Positions 1 through 9,236 of a stretch of 64,000 bases of DNA are shown here, one piece after another. The stretch comes from Candidatus Eiseniibacteriota bacterium (GTDB taxonomy: Bacteria; Eisenbacteria; RBG-16-71-46; CAIMUX01; VGJL01), in NCBI GenBank assembly GCA_041946735.1, contig JBHGAY010000028.1, forward strand, positions 1-64,000, written 5' to 3'. A program made the translations under genes and the position numbers. The notes below the pieces were generated by a model. It had not been told where the DNA came from and did no database searches. It was given only the letters and a program-made list of their open reading frames with translations. The stretch's first letter is position 1, and each line of letters begins with the position of its first letter.

Positions 1-333
1 AATCGCTCGAGAGGCTCTCGTTCGCTGGATCCTCCGGAGGCATCCGAATCGAGCGTCCTCAGTCTAATACGCGCAGCAGGGCTTCATAAGTCCATTTGTG
101 ATACGAGAAGAAGATCTATTCGTGAGTACAGGCATCGGTGAATGCATCTAATCGATTACTACCGAACACCGTAGACGCTGGGGGCGATCGCGGAGGCGTA
201 ACCGTCCATCATCGGCTCAGTTCCTATGAACATAAGACGCTCCGATCGATCGATCGGACTCCAACCACCATTCGAATGCTCCCCCAGCGCCGTGACACCG
301 TCACGCCCTACGCGGCTCTTCCCCTCAAGCTCC

Positions 334-2571
334 TTACGGCTGAAGGAGGACCAGAGAGCGGACCGCTTCCAGGTGAACACCCCGCAACCGGACGAAGTAG
401 AGCCCGGCTGGAAGAGGCCGGTCTCCATCTCCCCTCTGGTCCCACTCGATCCGACCGAATCCGGCCGCCGCATCATGCACGCCAAGGTCGCGCACACACC
501 GGCCCGTGACATCGTGCACGGCGATGTGGGCCGGACCTGGCTCGGGAACCGAGAAGGAGATGGAGAGCTTGCCGTTCGAAGCAGGGTTCGGCGAGAGCCG
601 AAGCGAGGCGATGCCCGCGCTTTCGAGTGTGTCGGGGGCGCGGCTCGCTCCTCGTCGCACTTCATCGAGAATCCACGCCGCGTTCTCCGCCCCGATGTCG
701 ACGTGCTCCTGATTGCCTCCTCCGGAAGGGAAGTACACCGCATCGAATGGCGTGAGCGAAAGCAGATCGGGATCTCCGGCAACGTCGTGAAAGAGATCCG
801 CAGTGTCCAGGTCGAGCGCGCTCACCGTCGGGATGAAGCAATGATTGGGATGGAGCGCGATGATGTCGCCGTACGGGGCTTCCACCGCGTCCATCTGAGC
901 CATGCTGTCCCGCCATCCCCCCGGGGCGCCGTCGAACGGCCGCGTGCCGGATACGGTGACTGTCGTCTCGTCGGGCGGCAGGAGAATCACGTCGATCTCC
1001 CCACGGAAGATCGTCGCTGCGCTACCGTCGGGGACCGCCCAGACGTCTCCGGTCACGTCCACGAGCCAGCTCGAGTATTCCCATAGGAGGATCTGCTGCG
1101 CGGGCGCGAACCCCTGGTCTTCGCGCGAACCCGATCCGTTCGCGACGGCTGCCTTGCGAAGCTGGACGGGATAGCCTCCGGCGGCCTGGAGGTCTGCCAG
1201 TAGCTCGGTGCGCAGCGGATCGCTCTCGCCCGTTCCGCCGGGCGGGCTCGTATGGTGGTAGACGAGCATCTGCCGCGCGCCCGGCGTATCGAGCGCGGCG
1301 AGCAGCGCGGCCGCCTCCGCGGAGTCGTTCGCGAAGAAGTCGAGCCAGTACTGGATCCCGAGCGGCACATCGGCGCCCGCCTGCGGGGAATCGAAGGAGA
1401 GGAAGGTACGCGTGCGGTGCGGAATGCCGTGGGTCTCCATCCAGGCGAGCGCGTAGCGTCCCACCAATCCCCCCATGCTCGCGCCCACGACGACCATCGT
1501 CTCTTGCGGAAGGAGCGAGGAAGCCACCTGCTCGAGCAGCGCCTCCGCGACGAAAGCGTTCCTCTGGATGTAGTCGACCGCGTCGGTGAAGTCCAAGACG
1601 ACCGCATCGAATCCCTCGCCGCGCAGGGTCTCGAGAAGGTTCTGCCGATTGAGGAGCGCGTACAGCTCGTCCCAGTGCATCGTGTTGTCGATGTCGAACC
1701 CCTCGATCACGACGACCGGGTTGGTGATGGTGTCATGCCCCTCGGCCAGGTAGACGTAGGCATCGCCCGTTCCGTACTGGCCAAGGTACGGGATCGTCGC
1801 GGTGACGTGGATGGTGTCGTTCGGCGAGGGCGTCCGGAGATCGCGGACGAGGAAGGAAGTCCTCGCTTCGAAGGACCGCCCGTCGGCGAGGATCGCGCGC
1901 ACGCGCAAGCTCTTCCTCCCCGTCGTCGCATAGTGGACGCGCGCATCGCCGGAAGGATCGACATCGAGCGGTCCGCGGCCGTCGTCGAAGTCGATCGAGA
2001 GTCGCGCCAGCGGTGCCGGATCGTTGCTCAGAAAGAGGGAGGGGTCCAGGCGGAAACGGACGGTCGTGCCCCTGTGAGTGAAGGGACGGAGCGGCGCGGC
2101 CAACTCGGCCCGTCCGGCGACGAAAGCCTCCCCTCGACCGAGCCGTAGCGTGCCGCCCGCAGTCACGATCGCTCCCGTCTCCAACGCGTCGCTTCGCAAG
2201 CGGTCGTAGCGGACGTCGAGGATGGCGAGCGGGATCAGGTCCTCCCCGTCTTCGATCCGTCCGGACGGAAGGTCCGCGAGCCGCGGCAGGAAGGGGGCGC
2301 CGAGCGTGGCGCGGCGAAGCTCGTCCTCGGCCTGCCGCCAGTCCCCAAGGTCGGTCTCAGGCGCGTTCGACGTGCCGTCGAAGCGCTCGATGCGGGAAAG
2401 GGGAAGGACGCGGTCGTAGAGCACACCGCTCGGAACGGCGCCGGCCGGAATCCCGGCGAGCGCTTCTTCAAGCGCGGCGGCCGCGCCCCGCGGCTCGACG
2501 GCCGAGGCCGAAGCGGCAGCCCATAGGGCAGCCATGAGCAAGAGGACGGTCAGGCGAAGAGACGCAGGCAT
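334..2571 (-). CDS. Secreted alpha/beta-hydrolase (lipase/esterase, PGAP1-like) with C-terminal FlgD-Ig/T9SS-like domain, ~745 aa
   Basis: Start moved to the ATG at 2571 (MPASLRLTVLLLMAALWAAASASA signal peptide). Contains 'VVIEGFD' and the nucleophile elbow GASMGG. C-terminus reads 'SPNP...VHDVTGRCVR...WDQRGDGDRPLPAGLYFVRL'. Confidence 0.8.
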   Translation of the reverse strand: MPASLRLTVLLLMAALWAAASASAVEPRGAAAALEEALAGIPAGAVPSGVLYDRVLPLSRIERFDGTSNAPETDLGDWRQAEDELRRATLGAPFLPRLADLPSGRIEDGEDLIPLAILDVRYDRLRSDALETGAIVTAGGTLRLGRGEAFVAGRAELAAPLRPFTHRGTTVRFRLDPSLFLSNDPAPLARLSIDFDDGRGPLDVDPSGDARVHYATTGRKSLRVRAILADGRSFEARTSFLVRDLRTPSPNDTIHVTATIPYLGQYGTGDAYVYLAEGHDTITNPVVVIEGFDIDNTMHWDELYALLNRQNLLETLRGEGFDAVVLDFTDAVDYIQRNAFVAEALLEQVASSLLPQETMVVVGASMGGLVGRYALAWMETHGIPHRTRTFLSFDSPQAGADVPLGIQYWLDFFANDSAEAAALLAALDTPGARQMLVYHHTSPPGGTGESDPLRTELLADLQAAGGYPVQLRKAAVANGSGSREDQGFAPAQQILLWEYSSWLVDVTGDVWAVPDGSAATIFRGEIDVILLPPDETTVTVSGTRPFDGAPGGWRDSMAQMDAVEAPYGDIIALHPNHCFIPTVSALDLDTADLFHDVAGDPDLLSLTPFDAVYFPSGGGNQEHVDIGAENAAWILDEVRRGASRAPDTLESAGIASLRLSPNPASNGKLSISFSVPEPGPAHIAVHDVTGRCVRDLGVHDAAAGFGRIEWDQRGDGDRPLPAGLYFVRLRGVHLEAVRSLVLLQP

Positions 2572-2812
2572 GCAACCTCCGGCCGCGACGCGGGGCGGTA
2601 ACGCTGCCGCGCGGGGAACACGTGGAACGGCAACGAAAGATTCTAGCAGATCTCCGGGGGGGCGAGGCGATGCGGGCGCGAGGGGATGCGGGCACGAGGC
2701 GATGCGGGGCGATGCGGTGCGGTAGGGTGTGGTCGCTTGCGTTGCGCCCACCGGGGACGTACGATTCCCGCCGGCGTTCCGACTCCAAGCCACCATTCAA
2801 CGAGGAGAAACG

Positions 2813-4792
2813 ATGGCCGCCGCGTTGCGCCCCCTGCCCGAGGAAGAAATTCGCCAATGGACTCGGGAGCAAAAGGATCGCCACTGGCTCGAAAACGTTT
2901 ACCGCGGAGACATGCCGCAGCTCACCCTCCGCTCCGCGCTGACCGGGTTTCTCCTCGGAGGGATCCTCTCGGCCACGAACCTCTACGTCGGCGCGAAGAC
3001 CGGCTGGACCCTCGGCGTCGGAATCACCTCGGTCATCTTGGCGTTCGCGATGTTCAAGGTGCTCTCGCGGCTCGGGGCGAAGGACATGACGATCCTCGAG
3101 AACAATTGCATGCAGTCGATCGCGACGGCGGCGGGCTACATGACCGGGCCGCTGATCTCGGGGATGGCCGCGTACATGATGGTGCAGAACCGGCCGATGC
3201 AGTGGAGCCAGATGCTCCTCTTCAACGTCGTCCTCTCCCTGCTCGGGGTCCTCGTCGCCTTTCCGATGAAGCGTCGCTTCATCAACGACGAGCAGCAGCC
3301 CTTCCCGGAAGGACGGGCGTGCGGTGTAGTTCTCGAAACCCTGTACAGCTCCCACGCATCCGTCGGGCTCTTCAAGGCGAAGGCGCTCGCGTATGCGGCG
3401 CTGATTGCGGGCGGTCTGAAGTTCGTGAGCGGCGAGAACATCATGCGATGGATCCAGGTGAAGCTGCTCGGGCTGAAGGCGTTCGTCCACGTGCCGGAGC
3501 ACCTCGATGCCTGGTACTACTCGCTCGCCGACAAGGGCCGGCTGCCGATTCCGAAGCTCGCCGGCGTGGACATCCGCCAGCTCGGCCTTTCCCCGACCCT
3601 CGACCTCGCGATGTTCGGCGCCGGTGGTCTCATGGGGATTCGCGCCGCCATGAGCATGCTCGCCGGCGCGGTGCTGAACTTCTGCGTGATCGTGCCCTGG
3701 ATGATCGCGATCGGGGAGATCCCGGCGCGGCCCGACGGAACCTTCAGCCGCATCCATGTGCTGAATAGCTGGGCGCTCTGGTGGGGCATCGCGATCATGG
3801 TGACCGCGGCTCTCGTCTCCCTCTTCGCTCGCCCGAAGCTGATCCTGACCGCGTTCCGTGGCCTCTTCCGGCGCCGCCGCGAGACCGGGGCAGCGGCCGG
3901 AAGCGACCCGCTCGCCTCGATCGAGCTCCCCCTCTGGGTCTCCTTCGTCGGAGTCCCGATCATCGGCGCGATCGGGGTCTGGATGACTCACGCCTGGTTC
4001 GGCGTCCGCATCGACATGGGAGCGCTCGCGATTCCTTTGATCCTCGTCCTCACGCTGATCGCCGCGAACTCTACCGCCCTCACCGGAATCACCCCCACCG
4101 GCTCGCTCTCGAAGATCCCCCAATTCCTCTTCGGTTCGCTCCACCCCAAGCATCCGCCGACGAACCTGATGACCGCGCTGATGTGTACGGAGGTGGCGTC
4201 GAACGCATCGAACCTCCTGATGGACATCAAGCCGGGCTACATGCTCGGCGCCAAGCCCCGCCAGCAGGCGATCGGCCATTGCATCGGCATCCTCGCCGGC
4301 GCTCTGGCGAGCACGCCGCTCTTCTACCTGCTCTTTCTCTCCAACTACACGCCCGGCGGCAACCTGCAGGACGCGATGGTGACGGATCAGTTCGGCTTCC
4401 CCTCGGCTCTCCAGTGGAAAGGCGTCTCCGATCTCGTTGCGGCGGTCTTCTCCCAAGGCCGTTCGCCGATTCCGGCGTCGGCGGTGTGGTCGATGGGAAT
4501 CGCGGCGGCGGTCGGCCTCGGGCTCGAGCTGCTGCGGATCCTGCGGTGGCGGTCGTTCCCGCTCTCGCCGCTCGCGATCGGGCTGGGCGTCGTCATTCCT
4601 CCCGATTCCTCGCTCGCGATGTTCGCGGGAGCCGGCTTCTTCTGGTGGATGTCGCGCCGCTACTCCGGCCGTCCGCGGACGCTCGGATTCCGGCTCTGGG
4701 TCGACACGCTCGAGCCGATCTGCGCAGGGATGATCGCGGGGGCGGCGTTGATCGGGATCGCCGACGTCCTCGTCCGGGTCTTCCTTCTCTAG
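2813..4792 (+). CDS. OPT family oligopeptide transporter, ~659 aa
   Basis: RBS GAGGAG before ATG 2813. Motifs 'NLYVGAKTG', 'ENNCMQSIATAAG', 'PFPEG' and 'DIKPGYMLGAKPRQQ'. Many TM helices. Confidence 0.92.
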   Translation: MAAALRPLPEEEIRQWTREQKDRHWLENVYRGDMPQLTLRSALTGFLLGGILSATNLYVGAKTGWTLGVGITSVILAFAMFKVLSRLGAKDMTILENNCMQSIATAAGYMTGPLISGMAAYMMVQNRPMQWSQMLLFNVVLSLLGVLVAFPMKRRFINDEQQPFPEGRACGVVLETLYSSHASVGLFKAKALAYAALIAGGLKFVSGENIMRWIQVKLLGLKAFVHVPEHLDAWYYSLADKGRLPIPKLAGVDIRQLGLSPTLDLAMFGAGGLMGIRAAMSMLAGAVLNFCVIVPWMIAIGEIPARPDGTFSRIHVLNSWALWWGIAIMVTAALVSLFARPKLILTAFRGLFRRRRETGAAAGSDPLASIELPLWVSFVGVPIIGAIGVWMTHAWFGVRIDMGALAIPLILVLTLIAANSTALTGITPTGSLSKIPQFLFGSLHPKHPPTNLMTALMCTEVASNASNLLMDIKPGYMLGAKPRQQAIGHCIGILAGALASTPLFYLLFLSNYTPGGNLQDAMVTDQFGFPSALQWKGVSDLVAAVFSQGRSPIPASAVWSMGIAAAVGLGLELLRILRWRSFPLSPLAIGLGVVIPPDSSLAMFAGAGFFWWMSRRYSGRPRTLGFRLWVDTLEPICAGMIAGAALIGIADVLVRVFLL

Positions 4793-4866
4793 CGGGATCC
4801 CGGGCCCGGGACAAACCTACGGCGAGTCTCAGCGCGAGCGCGGGGTCGACAGGACGCCGAGGAGTC

Positions 4867-6963
4867 TCAGCGCGAGCGCCCTTCCATCTCGTCGGCGAGC
4901 GCGCCATCGTCGTACATGACCCGCAGCGCTTCCAGGATCGCGCGAACGTCGACCGCGACCGCGCGCGCCTGCGCATCCGAGTACGCCACGTCCCAGGCGA
5001 GCGATTGGATGTTGCCGTCGAAGATCAGGCCGATCAGGCGGCCCTGCCGGTCGACAACCGGGCTCCCGGAATTTCCGCCGATGATGTCGGCCGTGCAGAC
5101 GAAGTTCAGCGGGGTGTCGGGGCGCAGGCGGGCTCGTCGCGAAAGCCAGCGCTCGGGCAACTCGAATCCCGGCTGTCCCTTCTTCTCCGCGTACCGCTCG
5201 AACATTCCGGCGAAGTGGGTGAACGCGGGGATCTCACGTCCCTGCTCCTCGTAGCCGCGGATCGGCCCGAAGGCGATCCGCAGCGTCCCGGTCGCGTCGG
5301 GGTACGTCGCGTTCCCGCGTCGCGCGAACTGCGCCGCGCCGATCTTGGCGTACGCCTCGGTTTCCACTCCCTCCACCTCGTTCTCGTAGCGCTTGCGAAG
5401 CTGGCGCGCCTCGGGGTCGACGAGCGCCGCCAGGACGAGCATCGGATCGTCCGAGTCGGCAAGGGCCGCCGCTCCGCCCTCCACGAGCGAGCGGCGGAAG
5501 GATACGTCCGCGAGGCGCGTGCCGGAGACGATCTCGGCCGCCCGCTCCGCGGGCGGCTTCCCATCGAGAAGCTGCCGGACGAGAGGATCGTCGCCTCCCA
5601 GCGTCTCCACCGCATAGGAGATCCAGCTCGCCAGCCGGTCAGCCTCGAGAACCGGATAGATGGGAGCGGGAGAGTACAGATCGAGCCACAGCGACTCGAG
5701 GTTCGTGTCGCGATACTCCCGCAGGCGCGCGGTCGAGGCCTTCGGCAGCTCCGCAGCGAGCCGGACGACGCGGCGGGCGATGTCGAACAGGGCGGACCGG
5801 CCGCCCGCCCGGCTTTCGAGGAGCTGATAGCGAGGGAAGAAGCCCCGGTAGACGCGATACGCGCCATCGATCTGATCCCAGGCATCGCCCCAGAGGCGCC
5901 CGCGATCGGAATCCTGGTCGACCCAGCTCCGCAGATCCCGCTCCACGGCCTCCTTCGCCTCGAACAGCTTCGGGTCCTGCAGAGCGGCGAGATAGCCGGT
6001 CCTCGATTTGCGGCTGTTCTGCACGCCGAAGTAGTCCCCTTCGCCGATCCGGGCGTTTTCCGGCGAACGGGCGAGGAAGGTGGCGAGCTGAGCTTCGCGG
6101 CGCCAGAGCCAAGCGAGGGTTGCAGGCACCTCGACGTCGCGCTGAAAGCGCAGGTGGCCGACCGTGCAGAGGCGGTTCGTGCGCCCCGGATGGCCGAAGA
6201 CGAACGCGAGATCCCCTTCGCGCGCCCCCTCGGGCGCGACGCGCAGGTAGTACTCGACCTCGAGCGGCTTGCCGCGGTCGTAGACGCGGAAGAAGCAGAC
6301 GTCGAAGTCGTAGCGCGGGTACTCGAAGTTGTCGGCGTCGCCACCGAAGAAGGCGGCCGCCTTCTCCGGGGCCATGACGAGCCGTACGTCGGTGTAGCGG
6401 CGGTATTCATACAGCTCGTAGCGCGCTCCGCGGTAGAGCTTCACGACCTGGCACTTCAGACCGCTCGCCGCCTCCGCCTCCGCCTCGACCTCGGTCATCC
6501 GGCTGCGGCGGGCCTCCTCCGCCTCCGCCGCGTTCATTCCCGGCCCCGCCGCGCTCACGATTCGTCCCGTCACGTCCCGATGGCTCCACAACACCTGCAC
6601 TTCCATGTCGGGACACGGAATCTCTTCGGCCAGGCTGCGAGCGACGAAGCCGGTCTCGACGAGATTGCGCTCAGGGGTCGAGAGCTTCTCGAGCTGGCCG
6701 GAGCCGACGTGATGGTTCGTCAGGATCAATCCGTGGGGAGAAACGAACGAGCCGGAGGCGCCGATCTTCACGCAGGACTTCTGCAGGTGCTCCAGCCATT
6801 CGGGGGTCGGCGAGAAGCCGTAGCGCTCCTCGAGGAACGCGCCGGGAGGAGCATCCGGGAGCCACATCCCCTCCTCGGCGTATGCTGCGGCGATCCAGAG
6901 CGAAAGGATGAGGAGCGAGAGCAGGACGGAGCAAGCAAGGAGCGGGAAGCGGCACAACTTCAT
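4867..6963 (-). CDS. S46 family dipeptidyl peptidase (DPP7/DPP11-like), 698 aa
   Basis: Signal peptide followed by 'EEGMW', 'SGSFVSPHGLILTNHHV', 'TYPDATGTLR' and 'DIIGGNSGSPV'. Confidence 0.93.
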   Translation of the reverse strand: MKLCRFPLLACSVLLSLLILSLWIAAAYAEEGMWLPDAPPGAFLEERYGFSPTPEWLEHLQKSCVKIGASGSFVSPHGLILTNHHVGSGQLEKLSTPERNLVETGFVARSLAEEIPCPDMEVQVLWSHRDVTGRIVSAAGPGMNAAEAEEARRSRMTEVEAEAEAASGLKCQVVKLYRGARYELYEYRRYTDVRLVMAPEKAAAFFGGDADNFEYPRYDFDVCFFRVYDRGKPLEVEYYLRVAPEGAREGDLAFVFGHPGRTNRLCTVGHLRFQRDVEVPATLAWLWRREAQLATFLARSPENARIGEGDYFGVQNSRKSRTGYLAALQDPKLFEAKEAVERDLRSWVDQDSDRGRLWGDAWDQIDGAYRVYRGFFPRYQLLESRAGGRSALFDIARRVVRLAAELPKASTARLREYRDTNLESLWLDLYSPAPIYPVLEADRLASWISYAVETLGGDDPLVRQLLDGKPPAERAAEIVSGTRLADVSFRRSLVEGGAAALADSDDPMLVLAALVDPEARQLRKRYENEVEGVETEAYAKIGAAQFARRGNATYPDATGTLRIAFGPIRGYEEQGREIPAFTHFAGMFERYAEKKGQPGFELPERWLSRRARLRPDTPLNFVCTADIIGGNSGSPVVDRQGRLIGLIFDGNIQSLAWDVAYSDAQARAVAVDVRAILEALRVMYDDGALADEMEGRSR

Positions 6964-7207
6964 CGAAGCACTCCTCGGGGACCTGGGAGATCGCGCTGGG
7001 GACGGTTTGGCGGAATCGATGCCACGGGCGCGGAGCTTACGTCAGGCGGAGGCGCCGATCAATCGGCCGGTCGTCGGGGCCATTCGGATCATCCCATCGC
7101 GGCCATTCCAATCATCCCCAGGTTCATCTCCCGACCGGCGGGAATCGACGGCGGCCGGTCCGCGATCGGACGCCGGCCGCCGGCCACCCGGAGAAGTTGA
7201 TCTCCTG

Positions 7208-7271
7208 GTCCCGGGACACCGCGCTAGTCGCAGGGCACCGCGCTAGTCCCTGGGCACTAGTCCCAGCGCAC
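7208..7271. repeat. Short degenerate direct repeats (GTCCC..GGCACCGCGCTA-like units) abutting the NmrA stop codon
   Basis: CACCGCGCTAGTC occurs twice, followed by CACTAGTCCC, which resembles the gene's own 3' end. Confidence 0.5.
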
Positions 7272-8123
7272 GGTGCGCGCCCACTCCTCGAACGGGGTCG
7301 GACGGATTCCAAACTCGCGCGCGTTCCCCTCGATGTCGGCGTCGTAGCCGACCGCGTCGAACCACTCGAGCATGATGGCGTACTCCTGGCTTGCAGACCG
7401 CGCCACCTCGATCGGGAGGCGCTCGAACCCGATCCGCCGCCCGGTGACGCGGCTCAGGATCTCCGCGACCTCGGGCATCGTCTTCGCGTCGCCGGCGATG
7501 TCGATCTCACGACCGTTCAATCTCTGATGCTCCTCGAACGCGAGCCGGCCGTATTTGCCGATGTCCGCCACGGCGATCATCTGCAGCTTGGTCTTCGGAT
7601 CGAGGGCGACGCGCAGCGTCCCCTGGTCGATCGACGGCTTGAAGAAGGGGCCGAGAAGGTTCTCCATGAAAAACACCGGCCGGAGGACCGTCCAGGACGG
7701 GAAGGCTGCCGCTCGGAGCGACTCCTCGACTCGCCACTTGTTGTCGAAGTGGGGGATCCCGGTGCGCCGATGCGCAGATCCAACGGAGGAGTAGACGTAG
7801 TGGTAGACGTTGTTCTCACGGGCCACCTCGACGAGACGCTTCCCCTGCGCCTCTTCGCGCTCGACGCCCGCCTCCCACGTGTTCTGGACGCCATGCACGC
7901 CCCACGCTCCGCGGACGGCGCGCGCGAGCGAGTCCCTGTCGTCCAGATCGCCTCGCACGATCTCGAGGCCGAGCGCGGCCAACTCCCGCGCCTTCTCCCC
8001 CTCCGGGTGTCGCGTCATTGCCCGAACCTTCGCGCCCGCGCCCGCGGCCTGGAGCTGCCGGGCCACGGCACCCCCCTGCTGCCCGGTCGCTCCGGTGACC
8101 AGCACAATCCCGTCGATGCTCAT
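7257..8123 (-). CDS. NmrA/HSCARG family NAD(P)-binding protein, ~288 aa
   Basis: Start MSIDGIVLVTGATGQQGG (Rossmann motif). Also 'VYSSVG', 'IPHFDNK' and 'LRPVFFMEN'. Confidence 0.9.
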   Translation of the reverse strand: MSIDGIVLVTGATGQQGGAVARQLQAAGAGAKVRAMTRHPEGEKARELAALGLEIVRGDLDDRDSLARAVRGAWGVHGVQNTWEAGVEREEAQGKRLVEVARENNVYHYVYSSVGSAHRRTGIPHFDNKWRVEESLRAAAFPSWTVLRPVFFMENLLGPFFKPSIDQGTLRVALDPKTKLQMIAVADIGKYGRLAFEEHQRLNGREIDIAGDAKTMPEVAEILSRVTGRRIGFERLPIEVARSASQEYAIMLEWFDAVGYDADIEGNAREFGIRPTPFEEWARTVRWD

Positions 8124-8457
8124 CCTGCTTCTCCTTCGCTTTGCTTCCCGGTGCCTTCCCGCATCCGCCGCCCGGAAATCCGCCTTCCCTGAAGGTCCCC
8201 GCTCCTGCGGAAGATCGGTCGGTAGCGCGAGGACACGGAACAAGGGAGCATAACGGGGAAGCTCCTCCCGACAAACAATTCCAAGGCGAATGTATCGGAC
8301 CGAGGATTGTTCGGTGGCGGAGGCGGTGGACGACGAGGAGGGGAGACGCCGCGGTCTTGATGCCAGGGTCCCGTTCGCCTACGATCGCGTCTTATGTGAG
8401 GAGCGCCGGGCTATCCAAGACTTGGTCGTCCTTCCGACCCAGAGACGGAGGACCGCG

Positions 8458-8979
8458 ATGATCCGAGACATCGATTTCGAGGCATTGACGCTACAAGACG
8501 CCCTAGACCTCGCCATTCTGATCGAGGAGGAGGCGGAGGAGCGCTACCTCGAGTTCGCCGACCAGATGGAGGCCTTTTTCACTCCGGAAGCGGCGCGCTT
8601 CTTCCGATACATGGCCGCCAACGAGGCGAAGCACGGATCGGAGCTTCGGGCTCGCCGGCAGCAGCGCTTCGCGGACGCTCCGGCGACGATCGACCGCGAC
8701 GCGGTCTGGGAGATCGAGGCTCCCGCGTACGAAAAGGCGCGAGCATTCATCACGCCCCGCCGCGTGCTGGAGATCGCTCTCGATTCCGAGGAGAAGGCGC
8801 ACGACTTCTTCGCGAAAGCCGCGCCGTATCTGAAGGATCCCGAGGTGAGGAAGTTGTTCGAGGAGCTGCGGCTCGAGGAGATCGAGCATCAGCGACTCGT
8901 CCGAGAGGAGATCGCGAAGCAGCCGCCCGATAGCGACACCGACCCCGAAGCGATTCTGGACGAGCCCTACGAGATGTAA
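8458..8979 (+). CDS. Ferritin-like/rubrerythrin family di-iron protein without rubredoxin domain, ~173 aa
   Basis: RBS GGAGG before ATG 8458. Two E...ExxH halves: 'AILIEEEA...NEAKH' and 'ALDSEEKA...EEIEH'. Confidence 0.88.
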   Translation: MIRDIDFEALTLQDALDLAILIEEEAEERYLEFADQMEAFFTPEAARFFRYMAANEAKHGSELRARRQQRFADAPATIDRDAVWEIEAPAYEKARAFITPRRVLEIALDSEEKAHDFFAKAAPYLKDPEVRKLFEELRLEEIEHQRLVREEIAKQPPDSDTDPEAILDEPYEM

Positions 8980-9236
8980 CTTCCCTCTCGCGCATCGCTG
9001 TGCGGGTTCCGCCGGCGGCAGCGGGATGGTGATCCCCGCTGCCGTTGCGGGCGATCCGGCGGAGCGCGACGGCTCCCCCTCGCCGAAAGCGCAAACGAAC
9101 GATCCCCCCTCGAGCATTTCCCGCGTTGCATCCAGCCGCTCCCGGCGGTAATCTCATCTGTCATTCATTCCGGGTTCACCCGGGTCCGGCGTCAGCAACC
9201 CGAAGCCACCAAGCACCAACCCGAGAGGTCTGCCCC

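Noticed and set aside
1..333. Lower-GC segment at the window start
   Set aside because: Probably an intergenic or promoter region for a gene outside the window. No RNA gene, terminal repeat or att site is recognisable.
3781..7200. 1139-aa plus-strand ORF and similar long ORFs (9192-11558, 19416-22061, 33541-37149, 42492-45032, 51140-53791, 53043-55997)
   Set aside because: These are antisense or alternate-frame shadows of well-supported genes. They are Arg/Gly/Pro-rich with no motifs, as expected in ~70% GC DNA.
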